Below are positions 19,467 through 30,515 of a stretch of 64,000 nucleotides of DNA, one piece after another. Source of the stretch: Alphaproteobacteria bacterium (GTDB taxonomy: Bacteria > Pseudomonadota > Alphaproteobacteria > CBDBCS01); the NCBI GenBank assembly GCA_965203415.1, contig CBDBCS010000006.1, positions 343,789 to 407,788 of the forward strand, given 5' to 3'. The translations under genes were made by a program, and so were the position numbers. Below the pieces are notes generated by a model. The model worked only from the letters and a program-made list of their open reading frames with translations, was not told where the DNA came from and made no database searches. Every line of letters begins with the position of its first letter. Position 1 is the stretch's first letter.

Positions 19467-20411
19467 ATGTTCGCGCTTTATCTTGGTTTTTCTTATTGTG
19501 CTTCGTTTCTCCACGCCCATCTCGAGCAGGAGCCAAGCCTCCAGCACGCCGCAACGAGACGGAAGCATAGTCGGACAGACTTACGCCTCGGCATCGAGCC
19601 CATTCCCCTCGAGCCTCCTTTTGAAGCCTTGCGTCGGGTCTGTGCCGAGGCCGATGTGATTCTGTGTTCGGCCCCGCCTCTTGCGGCGGCACAGCCGGCA
19701 CAACCGGGGCCGGGGCGCCAGGATTCGGCGAGCTCTCCAAGCGGCGACCCGTTTTTAGACCTATTCGTCCACGAATCGATTCGAATACGCCCTGGAGCCC
19801 GTCTGATGTATTTGTCCTCGACGGGCGTTTATGGCGACGCTCAGGGAGCCTGGGTCGACGAAGAGACGCCGCCGCACCCCACCACGGGGCGCGGCATGCG
19901 CCGCCTCAAAGCCGAACAGGCCTGGGAAGCCCTATGTCACGAGCACCAAATCCATCTGACGCGTTTTCGCGTCGGAGGCATTTACGGCCCTGGCCGGAAT
20001 GCTCTATGCCGCGTCCAGCAGGGTCTTGAGAAAATCTACGATAAACCTGGACAGGTCTTCAATCGCATCCACGCCGCCGATATAGGCCGAGCCCTCTATG
20101 CCTGCTGGCTGTGTCACCAAAAGGACCCTGGGGTTCTTTTGCCTTGTTACAATCTTGTGGACGGCCACCCGAGTTCGCCTCAATCCATGAGTCTCGCGGC
20201 CTTCGATTTAATGGGAAAAAGCCCGCCGGCACCTCTGCCGCCCCCTGTGGGGGCGTCCATGGGAGCCAGCTTCTATGCCGAGAACAAACGCGTCAAGAAC
20301 GACAGGCTTCTAGGCCTGCTGGCTCAGGCGGGGCTCGAGAAACGGCTGGTCTATCCGGACTATCGGGCGGGCCTGGCTTCTTTGCACGCCGACATGCAGG
20401 CCGACTTATAA
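19467..20411 (+). CDS. NAD(P)-dependent epimerase/dehydratase-family (SDR) protein
   Basis: N-terminal Rossmann-like start, ...YLSSTGVYGD... and ...GGIYGPGRN... motifs typical of the extended SDR family. The ORF track begins at 19368; ATG at 19467 is preferred. Confidence 0.55.
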   Translation: MFALYLGFSYCASFLHAHLEQEPSLQHAATRRKHSRTDLRLGIEPIPLEPPFEALRRVCAEADVILCSAPPLAAAQPAQPGPGRQDSASSPSGDPFLDLFVHESIRIRPGARLMYLSSTGVYGDAQGAWVDEETPPHPTTGRGMRRLKAEQAWEALCHEHQIHLTRFRVGGIYGPGRNALCRVQQGLEKIYDKPGQVFNRIHAADIGRALYACWLCHQKDPGVLLPCYNLVDGHPSSPQSMSLAAFDLMGKSPPAPLPPPVGASMGASFYAENKRVKNDRLLGLLAQAGLEKRLVYPDYRAGLASLHADMQADL

Positions 20412-20452
20412 TAGGTTGCTCTGCCCGCACCGGACGGAGCCGGAGCCGGCCG

Positions 20453-20620
20453 CTATTTCATCCGCTGTTCGCGGAACGTGACGTGCTTGCGTAGACGCGG
20501 GTCGTATTTGCGCACGGACATTTTCTCGGTCTGCGTCCGAGTATTCTTCTTTGTGACATAGAAATACCCCGTGCCCTCTGTCGAGACGAGCCTAATCTTT
20601 TGTGTAACGGCTTTAGCCAT
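20453..20620 (-). CDS. rpmG: 50S ribosomal protein L33 (55 aa; absent from the >=60 aa ORF track)
   Basis: Manual translation of the minus strand: [55 protein letters not shown], a textbook L33. Confidence 0.9.
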   Translation of the reverse strand: MAKAVTQKIRLVSTEGTGYFYVTKKNTRTQTEKMSVRKYDPRLRKHVTFREQRMK

Positions 20621-20726
20621 CTGGAATTCTCACACCTCATGCATGCTGTTTAGGGGATCGGTCCCCGGGAGTCGGCCCCCCGAGCGTGAGGCACACCCTA
20701 GCACAAAAAAGCCGCCCAGGTCAAGT

Positions 20727-22016
20727 TCAGCCTAGCAAAGACGTTTCGAACGGAAAGCTCGAGAGAAGCTTCGCCCCTTTATCGGTGACGAGGACTTGTT
20801 CCTCCAGTTTGACGCCCTCGCGCCCGCCCTCGCGCCCGATGTAGACCTCCAGGCACAGCGTCATATTGGGCTCAACGAGCCCCTCTTCGCCGGATTCGTT
20901 CCAGTCCTCCAAATAGACGATATGAGGGTACTCATCGCAGAGGCCTATCCCGTGGACGGGGGCCGAATAGCGATTCGCCACGAAGGCCTCGGGCAGGGCA
21001 TAGCTTTTTTCGGCAAATTCGCGGTAGCTCATCCCCGGTTTGAGGATCTCCAGATTGTGCTGGAGAATCGAATAAGCCAGATTATAGAGCCTTTTCTGCT
21101 CGTCCGAAGGCTTGACGTCGCCGCAAATCAGCGATCTAGAGATATCGCAGCAATACCCCCACGGCCCGATGAGGTCCGTGTCATAAGACACCATGTCGCC
21201 CGCCTGGATGGGGTTAAAAGACGCCTCCTGAAACCAGGGATTCGTGCGAGAGCCGGCGGCTAAAAGCCGGGTTTCGATCCACTCGCCGCCCTGGGCGATA
21301 TTGGCCTGATGGAGCCAGGACCAGAGTTCAACCTCTGTGATACCGGGGACCAGCTTTTCGTGCATGCGCGCCATAGAGGCCTGGCACACGGCAATCGCGC
21401 CCGCCATCGCCTTGAGTTCCTCGGGTGTTTTGAGGCATCGGGCTCGCTCGATGGTGCGCTGGCCGTCTCGAACCGTAAACCCGCGCTCGGCCAGAGCCAA
21501 AACGACCGTGCTGTTCCCGGCGTCTACGCCGAGCCGCCGCGACCCGCCAGCGTGCTCGTTCATCAAGTCTTCGATGACACGCACAAAGGTCTGAGCTTTT
21601 TCAGCCATTCTTTCCCCTGCCGAAAAATAATAGACGCCTATGTTGCGCCGCACCTCGTCCACCGTCCCTAAATGAGCCGATAGATGCTGGCCACCGTGAG
21701 AATCGAACAGGACGATCGGGCCCTCTAGAGGCACGAATAAACAGCGCGCCATATTGTGCAGGATCCAAACCTGCATATTGGTGCTGTCCGTCACATAACG
21801 GATGTTGATGGGATCAAACAAAACAAGCGCCGGAATCTCATGAGCCTGCATCATCTCGCGCGTCCGAGTAATGCGCTCTGTCCGCAATTTTTTCAGCTCG
21901 ACGCCGAAACCAGCGGGATAGCGCCACGCATCGTGATTTGGGACGGTCGCCTCGCCAACAGGAACGCCGCCTCGTGGAGAAGAAGGTGAAATCATCGTCT
22001 TGTCATCGTCCTGCAA
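20727..22016 (-). CDS. M24-family metallopeptidase (Xaa-Pro aminopeptidase/creatinase-like)
   Basis: 429 aa; N-terminal creatinase/prolidase-like domain plus C-terminal pita-bread domain (..HGIGLCDEYPHI.., ..TLCLEVYIGREGG..). Confidence 0.75.
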   Translation of the reverse strand: MQDDDKTMISPSSPRGGVPVGEATVPNHDAWRYPAGFGVELKKLRTERITRTREMMQAHEIPALVLFDPINIRYVTDSTNMQVWILHNMARCLFVPLEGPIVLFDSHGGQHLSAHLGTVDEVRRNIGVYYFSAGERMAEKAQTFVRVIEDLMNEHAGGSRRLGVDAGNSTVVLALAERGFTVRDGQRTIERARCLKTPEELKAMAGAIAVCQASMARMHEKLVPGITEVELWSWLHQANIAQGGEWIETRLLAAGSRTNPWFQEASFNPIQAGDMVSYDTDLIGPWGYCCDISRSLICGDVKPSDEQKRLYNLAYSILQHNLEILKPGMSYREFAEKSYALPEAFVANRYSAPVHGIGLCDEYPHIVYLEDWNESGEEGLVEPNMTLCLEVYIGREGGREGVKLEEQVLVTDKGAKLLSSFPFETSLLG

Positions 22017-22463
22017 AAAACTTTAACCGATAAACCGAGCCAAACGAGAGCCCAAACAAAGGCCACGGCACTCTACAATACTATCACAGAAACATCGTCA
22101 CACATCAGAGAACCCCAGCGAGCTCAGCTCAAAGAACCGGCAAGAAAAACCCATAGAACAGAAAATCCGAGCCGATAACAAAAGCCTAGAGAAAAAAACA
22201 TCGGTACAATTGTCTCACAACGACTTTTTTGATACCTTTCGGGCCATTCGGCGTGCCGGTCAGCGTATCGAGGGGAGGGATGCCGGGTTGTTTTTGAAGG
22301 GAACTCCCTCGAGCCATACCCCGGTCTTTTTGGCGAGGCTCGTTCGCAAGAGAGGCCGACCATGCTCTGAGAGAGAGCCTCTCAAGCGGACATCCGCAAG
22401 CCCAGCCCCTCTTGAGAAGCCTTTTTCTGTTATGTTCTTCTATTTTCCTGTTGTTTTGTTCCT

Positions 22464-22985
22464 ATGAGATGTCCTTTTTGTTCCAGTGAGAGAACGCAGA
22501 TTCGCGATTCACGACCCGAGCACGGAGGCACTCAAACGCGTCGAAGGCGCGTGTGTGTGGTGTGCGGCGGAAACTTCAGGACGACGGAGACCCTCTATAA
22601 GCCTCTTTTGGACGTTCGAAAAAAAGACAATCGAATCGAGCCTTTTGCCCCGGAAAAATTGCGCTGCGCCCTGCGTGGGGCTTTTGGCCTCAAGGCCATG
22701 GGAGGGGCGAACCTCGACGCTTTGGTTGAAACCCTTTGTCTGGAGCTCACCAGTCTCGATGTCTCGGTTCTGGCCGCCTCTGATATAGGCGCGGTGGTCA
22801 TGAAACGGCTTAAGCAGACGGATGCCATCGCCTATTTGAGGTTTGCCATTCGTCATTTAGGGCTCGTCTCTTTCGAGGAAGTTGCCCGGTTTCTCCGGGA
22901 GCACCAGGAGCACCAGGAGCACCTGGGTCCAAAGCCCCATACACCCGGGCCTCCCGTCCCCTGGGACCGTTCCGAAAAGCCGTGA
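22464..22985 (+). CDS. nrdR: transcriptional repressor NrdR (with HQEHQEH-containing C-terminal tail)
   Basis: MRCPFCSSERTQIRDSRPEHGGTQTRRRRVCVVCGGNFRTTE is the Zn-ribbon, followed by an ATP-cone; conserved nrdR-ribD pairing. Confidence 0.9.
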   Translation: MRCPFCSSERTQIRDSRPEHGGTQTRRRRVCVVCGGNFRTTETLYKPLLDVRKKDNRIEPFAPEKLRCALRGAFGLKAMGGANLDALVETLCLELTSLDVSVLAASDIGAVVMKRLKQTDAIAYLRFAIRHLGLVSFEEVARFLREHQEHQEHLGPKPHTPGPPVPWDRSEKP

Positions 22986-24238
22986 AGAACGCGGCGAACG
23001 CTTCGGGTGTTTCGGAGAGCTTGCCTCTAGACCCCGCCGCCCAGAGTTGGTTGCAGCGTGCGCTCCGTTTCGCGGAGGGCCGTATCGGTCGGACGGGGTC
23101 CAATCCTGCGGTCGCCTGTCTCCTGGTTCAAAACGACAGGCTGGTCGGCCGAGGCCGAACCGGCCTGGGCGGGCGCCCGCACGCCGAGAGCCTGGCTCTC
23201 GCCGAAGCGGGCGAGCACGCGCGCGGAGCATGCGGCTATGTCACGCTGGAGCCGTGCAACCACCACGGCCAGACGGAGCCATGTACGGAGGCTCTGATTC
23301 GAGCCGGCGTGCGGCGGGTCGTCGTCGGGTTTCTGGACCCGGACGTTCGCGTCCGAGGCCGCGGGCTGGCACGGCTCCGGGCCGCGGGGGTCGAGACCTA
23401 CCTGGCCCGCGGCGTGCCGCTCCCCGCGAGCCTGCGTCCTTATTTTTTCCACAGACAACACGGCGCGGCGTATCTGAGCCTCAAGAGCGCGACAAGCCTG
23501 GACGGACGCATCGCCCTGGCATCGGGCGAGAGCCGATGGATTACCAACGCCGCCGCCCGCCGCTGGAGCCACGGGCTGCGGGCTCGTGTCGATGGCGTGA
23601 TGATCGGGGCGGAAACGGCTCTGCGAGACCAACCCCGGCTGGATTGCCGACTCAGCGGGCTGGAGGACGCCGGCGGGCGGGTGATTCTTTTGGATACCTC
23701 TTTCCGGGTGCCGGCCTCTTTTTTCCGAGACAAACGCCAGACCGTCCTCATCGGGAGTCACGCGCATTTCGACCCGAGCTTGCCTCAGCTCGCCCCTCTC
23801 CAGCAGAGCGGCGGGCTTGTTCTGACGTGCCAGCCGTCCGAGCTGGATACGCTGGGACGCCCCGACCTTCGAGGCGTTCTCGTCCAATTAGCCCAGCTGG
23901 GTCTAGTCCACGTCTTGCTGGAGGGCGGAAGCCGTCTCGCCGGCACCGCCTTGCAGAACGACCTGCCGGGGCACATTTATCACTTCCAGAGTGAAAAAAT
24001 AATTGGGAAAACAGGGCTGTCTATGATAGACTCGCCCGCGTTGCCCGCGTTGTCTGGTGCATTTTCTGATGCATTGGCGAGGCCGCCTCGTTTTCAACTG
24101 GAGGACTCTGTCCTCTTCCCGCCGGACTCTGCGCAGGAGGGCGAGACTTTGCTTTCGGTCTGGGGCAGGGTTTCTTCTTTTTCGGAGAATTCAAGCCCCG
24201 CCTCTCCTGGTTCTCCCGGATCTCCTAGTTCTGATTGA
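22982..24238 (+). CDS. ribD: bifunctional riboflavin biosynthesis protein RibD (deaminase/reductase) with Ser/Pro-rich C-terminal tail
   Basis: CMP/dCMP deaminase zinc motif (HAESLALAEAG...TLEPCNHHGQTEPC) followed by a RibD C-terminal reductase domain. Confidence 0.85.
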   Translation: MKNAANASGVSESLPLDPAAQSWLQRALRFAEGRIGRTGSNPAVACLLVQNDRLVGRGRTGLGGRPHAESLALAEAGEHARGACGYVTLEPCNHHGQTEPCTEALIRAGVRRVVVGFLDPDVRVRGRGLARLRAAGVETYLARGVPLPASLRPYFFHRQHGAAYLSLKSATSLDGRIALASGESRWITNAAARRWSHGLRARVDGVMIGAETALRDQPRLDCRLSGLEDAGGRVILLDTSFRVPASFFRDKRQTVLIGSHAHFDPSLPQLAPLQQSGGLVLTCQPSELDTLGRPDLRGVLVQLAQLGLVHVLLEGGSRLAGTALQNDLPGHIYHFQSEKIIGKTGLSMIDSPALPALSGAFSDALARPPRFQLEDSVLFPPDSAQEGETLLSVWGRVSSFSENSSPASPGSPGSPSSD

Positions 24239-24569
24239 GGTTTTCCCCCCGGACTTCTGCCAGAGCCTTTCTTTTGGGGCGTCTTTGGTTTTGGCGTATT
24301 CGTCTTGTCCGTCCGTTGCGCGTGGAGGTGCATGGGCGTCAGATAGGCGTCGAATCCGGGACCGACCCAGACCTGGCCCCGGAATTGTCACCATGGGTTG
24401 TTCGTTACGGGTTGTTACCGGGGCTGTTATCCGGCATCTACGGCGTTATCGAGACCTATCGAACGCGTTCTGAACGGACGCGCGATGAGGGCACGATGGA
24501 AAAGACGGCGGAAAAGACGGCATTAGTTTTAGCAAGTTCAGCACATTTTTAGGGACAGCACGCGTTAAG

Positions 24570-27500
24570 ATGAAGCAAAAAATGATTTTGTCGGTGGCTC
24601 TGTGGCGGCAATTTTCAGCCGAAGAGCCCCGATTCGGAACGAGACCCTGCCCCTGGACGATAAGAGGGCCCCTTCTCGGAGCCCCGCTTCCTCTCGTTCT
24701 GGCGGCCTGTTCTTCGTTGGACGATGATTTTGCGGACCAAGAGTTTCCACAGGATGGCCTGTTCGTGGAATCCGATGGGAGTACGACCTACAGCCTCCCC
24801 GACGAAGTCGTTCTGGGTACCGACTCCGAGGAGGCCAGACGCACAAGTGCCTCTCCCAATGACGATGAAATTTTCGTCGTTGTCACGTTTAACCAGGACC
24901 TGGCCGGCCTGCCGCTAGACGAGATCGTCCTGATAGACGACGAAACGGAAGACGACGAGGACGAGACAACGGACACGACGCCCCAACCCCGCGGCCGCGT
25001 CACCAGTATCCAGAGCGACCCAGATAATCAACGCGTTTTTACGATCTCTCTGACCGTCGATGATGGGGCGGATGGTCTTCTGGCTCTTTTCTTGAAGGAG
25101 GGGGCTTTGGTGGAGAACAGCGATGGTTTTTTCTATCGTCTGGCGGCCGACCTGCCCCTTGGGCAGCATCGAGCCGACGGGATGGGGCCTCAGGCTCTTG
25201 GGGCGGACCCCGACGACTATCCAACGGGCGTGACCGAAGCGGTGAGCGTCTCTTCGGATGGGCCCAATGCCCGCCAAATCGTCTTCAGCCTCTTTTTCGA
25301 CGAGGACTATGAAGATTTAGACTGGGGCGACCTGGTGTTCCTGGACGCCGCAGGAAACACGCTGTCGATCGCCGAAGAGCTTGTGACGACCTCCATCGCC
25401 GACGGCGTCCTGAGCCTCGACGGCACCGAAGCCACGCCTCTGCCTCAATTTGTCGCGGTCACCGTCGAACTGGACGGGCGAGGCAGTATCAATGTCCGCC
25501 TCTCGGACGAACGGGCCGAGGAAGACGACGACGACGATGACCCCGCCACAGGCTATGGCCAAATCACCGACATTTACGGCAATGCCACGCTTTTCTCGGA
25601 CCTGACCCAAGAGGAACTAGACCGCTACCAGCTGGCGGACCCCTATTATTTTGACATTGTCTCGCCCGCCAGCCTGACAGTCGACGAAACAGGCCGAGAG
25701 GTGACCTTGGTCTTCTCGACGCCTGTAACGGCCGGTATGGTCGAGGCGGACGATTTCTCTCTTTTTGACGGCGACAGAGAACTCACCATCACCTCCCTCA
25801 CCGGGCTCACCGATACAGGGGACGAGGAGCTGGAAGAAGAGGAGCTGGAAGGAAATTTAAGCTACACCAGTTTCGTGCTCCACATCAGCGAGAGCCTGAA
25901 GGCCGACTCTGAAATAAGCCTGTCCTATGAAGGCGACATGGACAATCTCACCTACACGACGCGGCCGAGCGGCGGGCTTCAGGCGACCGAAACCTATGTT
26001 ACCAGTTTTACAAGAGACCAGGCCGAAAGAGCCCTGGGAGACCGTATCACGCTCGATCTGGTTCAACCGGGAGCCGATGCTTCGCTGGCGTTCACGGCGG
26101 GCGGAGCGATGCTCATGTTCGCCGAGGGCTCCGGCGGCGGCGGCGGCGTCCAGCTGGTCACCACCGAAACGAGCGAGGACTCTGAGACCGAGGCTGTGAC
26201 GACTCAAACGCTCCACCACGGCAGCGTGGGCGGCGCAGGCCGTGGCACGGACTCGGTTCTCACGGGCGGAGCGGGGTCTGATATTTTGTTCGCCGATGGG
26301 TCGGGCGGCGGCGGCGGCGGCGCTTCGACGACCTCCACGGACGATGATCTCAGCGCGGGCACACCGGGCGAAGGCGGAACCGTCGGCGACGGCGACGACG
26401 TCCTCCAAGGCGGCGGCGGGGTCGATATTTTAATCGGCGACGGCTTTGCGGGCTCGAGCGGCGAGGGAGCCGATGGCGGGGCCGGCGGCTTCGGCGGCGG
26501 CGGCGGCGGCGAGGCCTATCTCCGCTATGGCCCCGACCCAGACGATGAAGCGGAAACCATTGCGCTGGACGGCGGAACCGGGGGCGAAGGCGGCTTCGGC
26601 GGCGGCACCGGGGCCGGCTGGCAGACGGCCATCGACGCGGAAACCGACAGCGACGGCATGGTGACCCCGGCCACAGAGGCGATGGTGGTGTTTGCCCTCA
26701 CCCCGACCTACGGCCACCACGCCACCACCAGCATGCCCGAACGCATCGAGGCCGGCGCCGGCGTGAGTCCCGACGGGGCCACCGAAGACGACCCAAACGG
26801 CGGCGTTGTCCCCAATGACGAGGGCGACGCTGGCGCGCCGGGGGCACTCAATCTGGCTCTCGATCAGGCAAGCTTTGAGGCGTTCCTGGATCAATTGGAC
26901 CTCGACGGCAACGACGACGACGAGCGGCTGTGGGATGATTCGGCCATGCAGGCTCCCGGCCAGGGCCGAGACGTGCTGGATGGCGGGGCTGGGAATGATG
27001 TACTCCTGGGTGGGGGCGGAGCCGACCTCTTCGTTCTGGACCTGCGGACCATGGAGGACGGCGAAATCGACCGGATTCTGGACTGGGGCCGAGGCAATGA
27101 TTTGCTCCATCTCAAAGACAGAGACGGCGAAACCATCGCTTTTCCTTTTTTAAGGACGACCCGTTTCGACATAACGCGCGAGACAGGCTCAGACCGATTT
27201 GGCTCTTATTTGTCCATCGGGATCAAAGAGCTGGCAGAAGGCATGAATCCCGAAAAAAATGTCTCGCTGCGTCTTTATAGTCTCCATAATGCCGCCACGC
27301 TGACCGAGGACGATTTCACCGATGCGGCCTTTTATACGCCGTCTCTTTTTCAGCCTGTGTCGGGTACCAGTCGTCTGGTTTTTTACGACGGGTCGGGCAG
27401 TGGCGGGCGCGCTCAGGTCAGTTCTACCCGCGCCGGGAGCGGCGGTAACGGCGGCGGCGGCGGCGACGACGGCGAAGGCGACGACAGCGACCCCGACGGC

Positions 27501-30500
27501 CAGCAAGCCAGCGATTCGAGCGACATCCTCTTCGGCGACGGGTCCGGCGGCGGCGGCGGCGGCGGCGACCGGGCCGCGACTTATGGGCGCGGCGGCACGG
27601 GAGGCAGCGGCGACGACGTCCTCAACGGCAAGGGTGGCAATGATATTCTCTTCGGGGACGGGTATGGCGGCGGGAGCACGACTTCCAGCGGAAGCGGCCT
27701 GGGCGGTTTTGGCGGCGGCGGGCGCGGGCAACCGCTCACGGGAACCGCACAGTCCGAGTTCCTAGAGCGTCTCTCCGGGCTTGTCCCGTCTACCCCGGGC
27801 GAGGCGGGCGATGAAGCCGTCCATGCTTTTACGCTGACCGATGCGCTAGCTGGCACGCTCGATGACGCTTTTGAGGACCTCGGGGCCTTTTTCGAGGACA
27901 TGCTGGAGCGCATCGATTTCGATGGTATCGACGAAAAAAGCCGCGGCGATGACGCCCGAGTGTGGGGCGACGCCGACGGGATGGGAGCTCAGGCGCGAGG
28001 CGATGGCCGGGATGTCCTCCAGGGCGGGGCGGGGAGCGACTTTTTGATAGGGCTCGGCGGGTCGGATGTGTTCGTCCTCGACCTGGAAGAAAGCCAGGAC
28101 GGCGATATAGACCGCGTGCTGGACTGGGGACTGGGAACGGATTATCTCGAGATTCGAGATTTTAACGGCAATCTTCTCAATGCGCCTCTGACCTCCAATG
28201 TACAACCCGACAGCGAAGCCGAGGACGAGGACGAAGACGTCTGGACGATGCATCAACTAGAGGACGGGGTGCTCTCGATCACGCAGACGGAGGGTGCCGA
28301 CTTGTTCGGAAACTATCGGGCTCTGACGTTCCGCGTGGCCCCGGCGGCGGATAGCACAGGCGTCGAGGAAAAAATTGTTCAGACGCGGTTTTATAGGTTC
28401 CATGTAGATGCGATGATCGCGCCGACGGCCCTCACGAACGAGGACTTTCATGCCCCTGTTCTGTATAGTTCGGGCGGCGTTCTGGCGCTTTTAGACCGCT
28501 CGGGCGGCGGCGGCGGGGCCTCTTTGGATAGCAATCGAGTCGGTGGCGATGGCGGCGACGGCCAAGGCGAGGACGATGTCTATGAATCGGCTTCTGAGGG
28601 CTCCGATATTGTCTTTGCCGACGGGTCCGGCGGCGGCGGCGGCGGTATCCATGACGACAGCCGCAGTAGCACGCGCGCCGGAACAGGCGGCGAAGCCGGC
28701 AATGGCCACGATATTATCCGCACCGGGGCCGGGGACGATATTATTTTTGCCGACGGTTTCGACGGAGCCGCCGGCAATCGAGAAGATGGCGGCGCGGGCG
28801 GCTTCGGTTTTGCCGGCGGAGGGGCGGCAGGCGTCCAAGACGACGACGACAACACAGAGGGCGAAAACGGCGAGGATGGCTGGGGCCACGACCGGTTCTC
28901 TGGGAACGGGGCGGCGGCGGCGGGAACCACCCTATCCACGGGCGCCGGCGACGACGGCACCAACGGCGCGGCGGATAGTAACATTCTTTTTCCTTTGCTG
29001 GGGTCTCTGAGTCGGGCCGATTTTGAAGAGCTCTATGAGGCCATCGATAACGACGACAGCACCGACCGGACGCGCGGCGACGATGGGCGCATCACCTCCA
29101 GTCGGCTCGAATCGCTCGCCGGAGAGGGCTGGGACCGCCTGGATGCGGGCCCTGGCAATGACATTCTCATCACGGGGAATGGCGTCGACGTCGTCACCCT
29201 GGACATGCGAGAAATGGGCCACGGCGAAATCGACCGCGTCTTCGATTTCGAGGAAAGCTGGACAGATTTGAGCGATGAAGACGATGTCACGGGCGATTTA
29301 CTCTTTGTGATTGCCTCGGACGGTCGGCGCAATCTAGACCTCGACGATGTCGGCGAGGGCCTCACCCGGCGCGAATCCGTCGGCCGAGACCTTTTTGGAA
29401 GTTATTTGGAACAGACGCTCACGGATGACGTGAAAACTGTTTTTGTCCGGCTCTATACGCCGGGTTTTACGTCTGCCTCGGGCCGCGAATTAGAGCGCGA
29501 CAGCTTTCTGACACAGGATTATACCTCCGGCGGCGTCATTTTGTTCGGAGACCAGTCGGGCGGCGGCGGCGGCTATGACGACCGAGATGTCGACGAGGCG
29601 GAAGGCGGCGATGGCGGGCACGGCGGGAGCGGCCATGACCGGCTCCAGGGGACGGCGGGGTCGGATATTCTGTTCGGCGACGGGTCCGGCGGCGGCGGCG
29701 GCTCGAGCGAAAACGGCGATGACGGGACCCCTGGTCTCGCCGGGGCGGGCGACGACCGTCTATTCGGCGGAGCGGGCGACGATATTCTGTTCGGCGATGG
29801 GCTGGACGGGCTTTCCGCCGGGGTCGGCGGATTCGGGGGAGGTGCCAATGGCGTCGAAAACACCACGACGACCCTCGCCGAGGAACGCGAAGGCGGCTTC
29901 CAGGCAGCTCAGGCGGCGGCGGCCAATGGCGAAACGACCGCCGGAGACGCCCCCGGCGCCGGGAGCCATGGCGGCGATTTTGCCGTCACGCTGGATTTGG
30001 ACTATCTGGACTATCTGTCGCTCATAGAGGATATAGATTTGGATGGCACGCTCGATTTCGAGTTGTACGGCACGTCCTTCTGGCGCACGCGAGCCAGCCA
30101 CGGCACAGGCAACGACCAGCTAGATGGCGAAGCGGGCGATGATGTTCTCATTGGTCTGGGGGGCGAGGATGTGTTCGTTCTGGACTTGTCGAAAATGGCG
30201 CATAACGAGACAGACCGTATCTTGGATTGGGAGCCCACTCGAATCAATGACGACGATGAAGAGGTGCGGGTGGACCGCTTGAAACTTGTGGACTCGTCTG
30301 GCGAAGCGGTTGGAGCTCCTTTTGGGGACTCGGCGTTTACGCTGGACGGCTCGCGGGAGGGCACCGACCCCTGGGGGGCCTTTCTGGAGCTCGCGATTAC
30401 CGAAGAACAGGCGAATAGCGACTCGGCGAAGACGGTCTATGTCCGGTTCTATAACAATCACGCGCCGGCAACCGATGACATCGAGCCGATTACCGACGCA

Positions 30501-30515
30501 GATTTTACGATTTAA
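24570..30515 (+). CDS. giant (1981 aa) highly acidic Gly/Asp-rich repeat protein with RTX-like GGxGxD nonapeptides; probable exported, calcium-binding surface protein (possible lipobox LVLAAC near the N-terminus)
   Basis: Four roughly 360-415-aa modules each contain DILF(A/G)DGSGGGGGG (about 26281, 27527, 28607, 29657), then GGxGxDxLxG runs. Each also has a motif such as DVLDGGAGNDVLLGGGGADLFVLDL...EIDRILDWG. Extreme Asp/Glu/Gly content; (GGC)n microsatellites in the DNA. Confidence 0.7.
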   Translation: MKQKMILSVALWRQFSAEEPRFGTRPCPWTIRGPLLGAPLPLVLAACSSLDDDFADQEFPQDGLFVESDGSTTYSLPDEVVLGTDSEEARRTSASPNDDEIFVVVTFNQDLAGLPLDEIVLIDDETEDDEDETTDTTPQPRGRVTSIQSDPDNQRVFTISLTVDDGADGLLALFLKEGALVENSDGFFYRLAADLPLGQHRADGMGPQALGADPDDYPTGVTEAVSVSSDGPNARQIVFSLFFDEDYEDLDWGDLVFLDAAGNTLSIAEELVTTSIADGVLSLDGTEATPLPQFVAVTVELDGRGSINVRLSDERAEEDDDDDDPATGYGQITDIYGNATLFSDLTQEELDRYQLADPYYFDIVSPASLTVDETGREVTLVFSTPVTAGMVEADDFSLFDGDRELTITSLTGLTDTGDEELEEEELEGNLSYTSFVLHISESLKADSEISLSYEGDMDNLTYTTRPSGGLQATETYVTSFTRDQAERALGDRITLDLVQPGADASLAFTAGGAMLMFAEGSGGGGGVQLVTTETSEDSETEAVTTQTLHHGSVGGAGRGTDSVLTGGAGSDILFADGSGGGGGGASTTSTDDDLSAGTPGEGGTVGDGDDVLQGGGGVDILIGDGFAGSSGEGADGGAGGFGGGGGGEAYLRYGPDPDDEAETIALDGGTGGEGGFGGGTGAGWQTAIDAETDSDGMVTPATEAMVVFALTPTYGHHATTSMPERIEAGAGVSPDGATEDDPNGGVVPNDEGDAGAPGALNLALDQASFEAFLDQLDLDGNDDDERLWDDSAMQAPGQGRDVLDGGAGNDVLLGGGGADLFVLDLRTMEDGEIDRILDWGRGNDLLHLKDRDGETIAFPFLRTTRFDITRETGSDRFGSYLSIGIKELAEGMNPEKNVSLRLYSLHNAATLTEDDFTDAAFYTPSLFQPVSGTSRLVFYDGSGSGGRAQVSSTRAGSGGNGGGGGDDGEGDDSDPDGQQASDSSDILFGDGSGGGGGGGDRAATYGRGGTGGSGDDVLNGKGGNDILFGDGYGGGSTTSSGSGLGGFGGGGRGQPLTGTAQSEFLERLSGLVPSTPGEAGDEAVHAFTLTDALAGTLDDAFEDLGAFFEDMLERIDFDGIDEKSRGDDARVWGDADGMGAQARGDGRDVLQGGAGSDFLIGLGGSDVFVLDLEESQDGDIDRVLDWGLGTDYLEIRDFNGNLLNAPLTSNVQPDSEAEDEDEDVWTMHQLEDGVLSITQTEGADLFGNYRALTFRVAPAADSTGVEEKIVQTRFYRFHVDAMIAPTALTNEDFHAPVLYSSGGVLALLDRSGGGGGASLDSNRVGGDGGDGQGEDDVYESASEGSDIVFADGSGGGGGGIHDDSRSSTRAGTGGEAGNGHDIIRTGAGDDIIFADGFDGAAGNREDGGAGGFGFAGGGAAGVQDDDDNTEGENGEDGWGHDRFSGNGAAAAGTTLSTGAGDDGTNGAADSNILFPLLGSLSRADFEELYEAIDNDDSTDRTRGDDGRITSSRLESLAGEGWDRLDAGPGNDILITGNGVDVVTLDMREMGHGEIDRVFDFEESWTDLSDEDDVTGDLLFVIASDGRRNLDLDDVGEGLTRRESVGRDLFGSYLEQTLTDDVKTVFVRLYTPGFTSASGRELERDSFLTQDYTSGGVILFGDQSGGGGGYDDRDVDEAEGGDGGHGGSGHDRLQGTAGSDILFGDGSGGGGGSSENGDDGTPGLAGAGDDRLFGGAGDDILFGDGLDGLSAGVGGFGGGANGVENTTTTLAEEREGGFQAAQAAAANGETTAGDAPGAGSHGGDFAVTLDLDYLDYLSLIEDIDLDGTLDFELYGTSFWRTRASHGTGNDQLDGEAGDDVLIGLGGEDVFVLDLSKMAHNETDRILDWEPTRINDDDEEVRVDRLKLVDSSGEAVGAPFGDSAFTLDGSREGTDPWGAFLELAITEEQANSDSAKTVYVRFYNNHAPATDDIEPITDADFTI

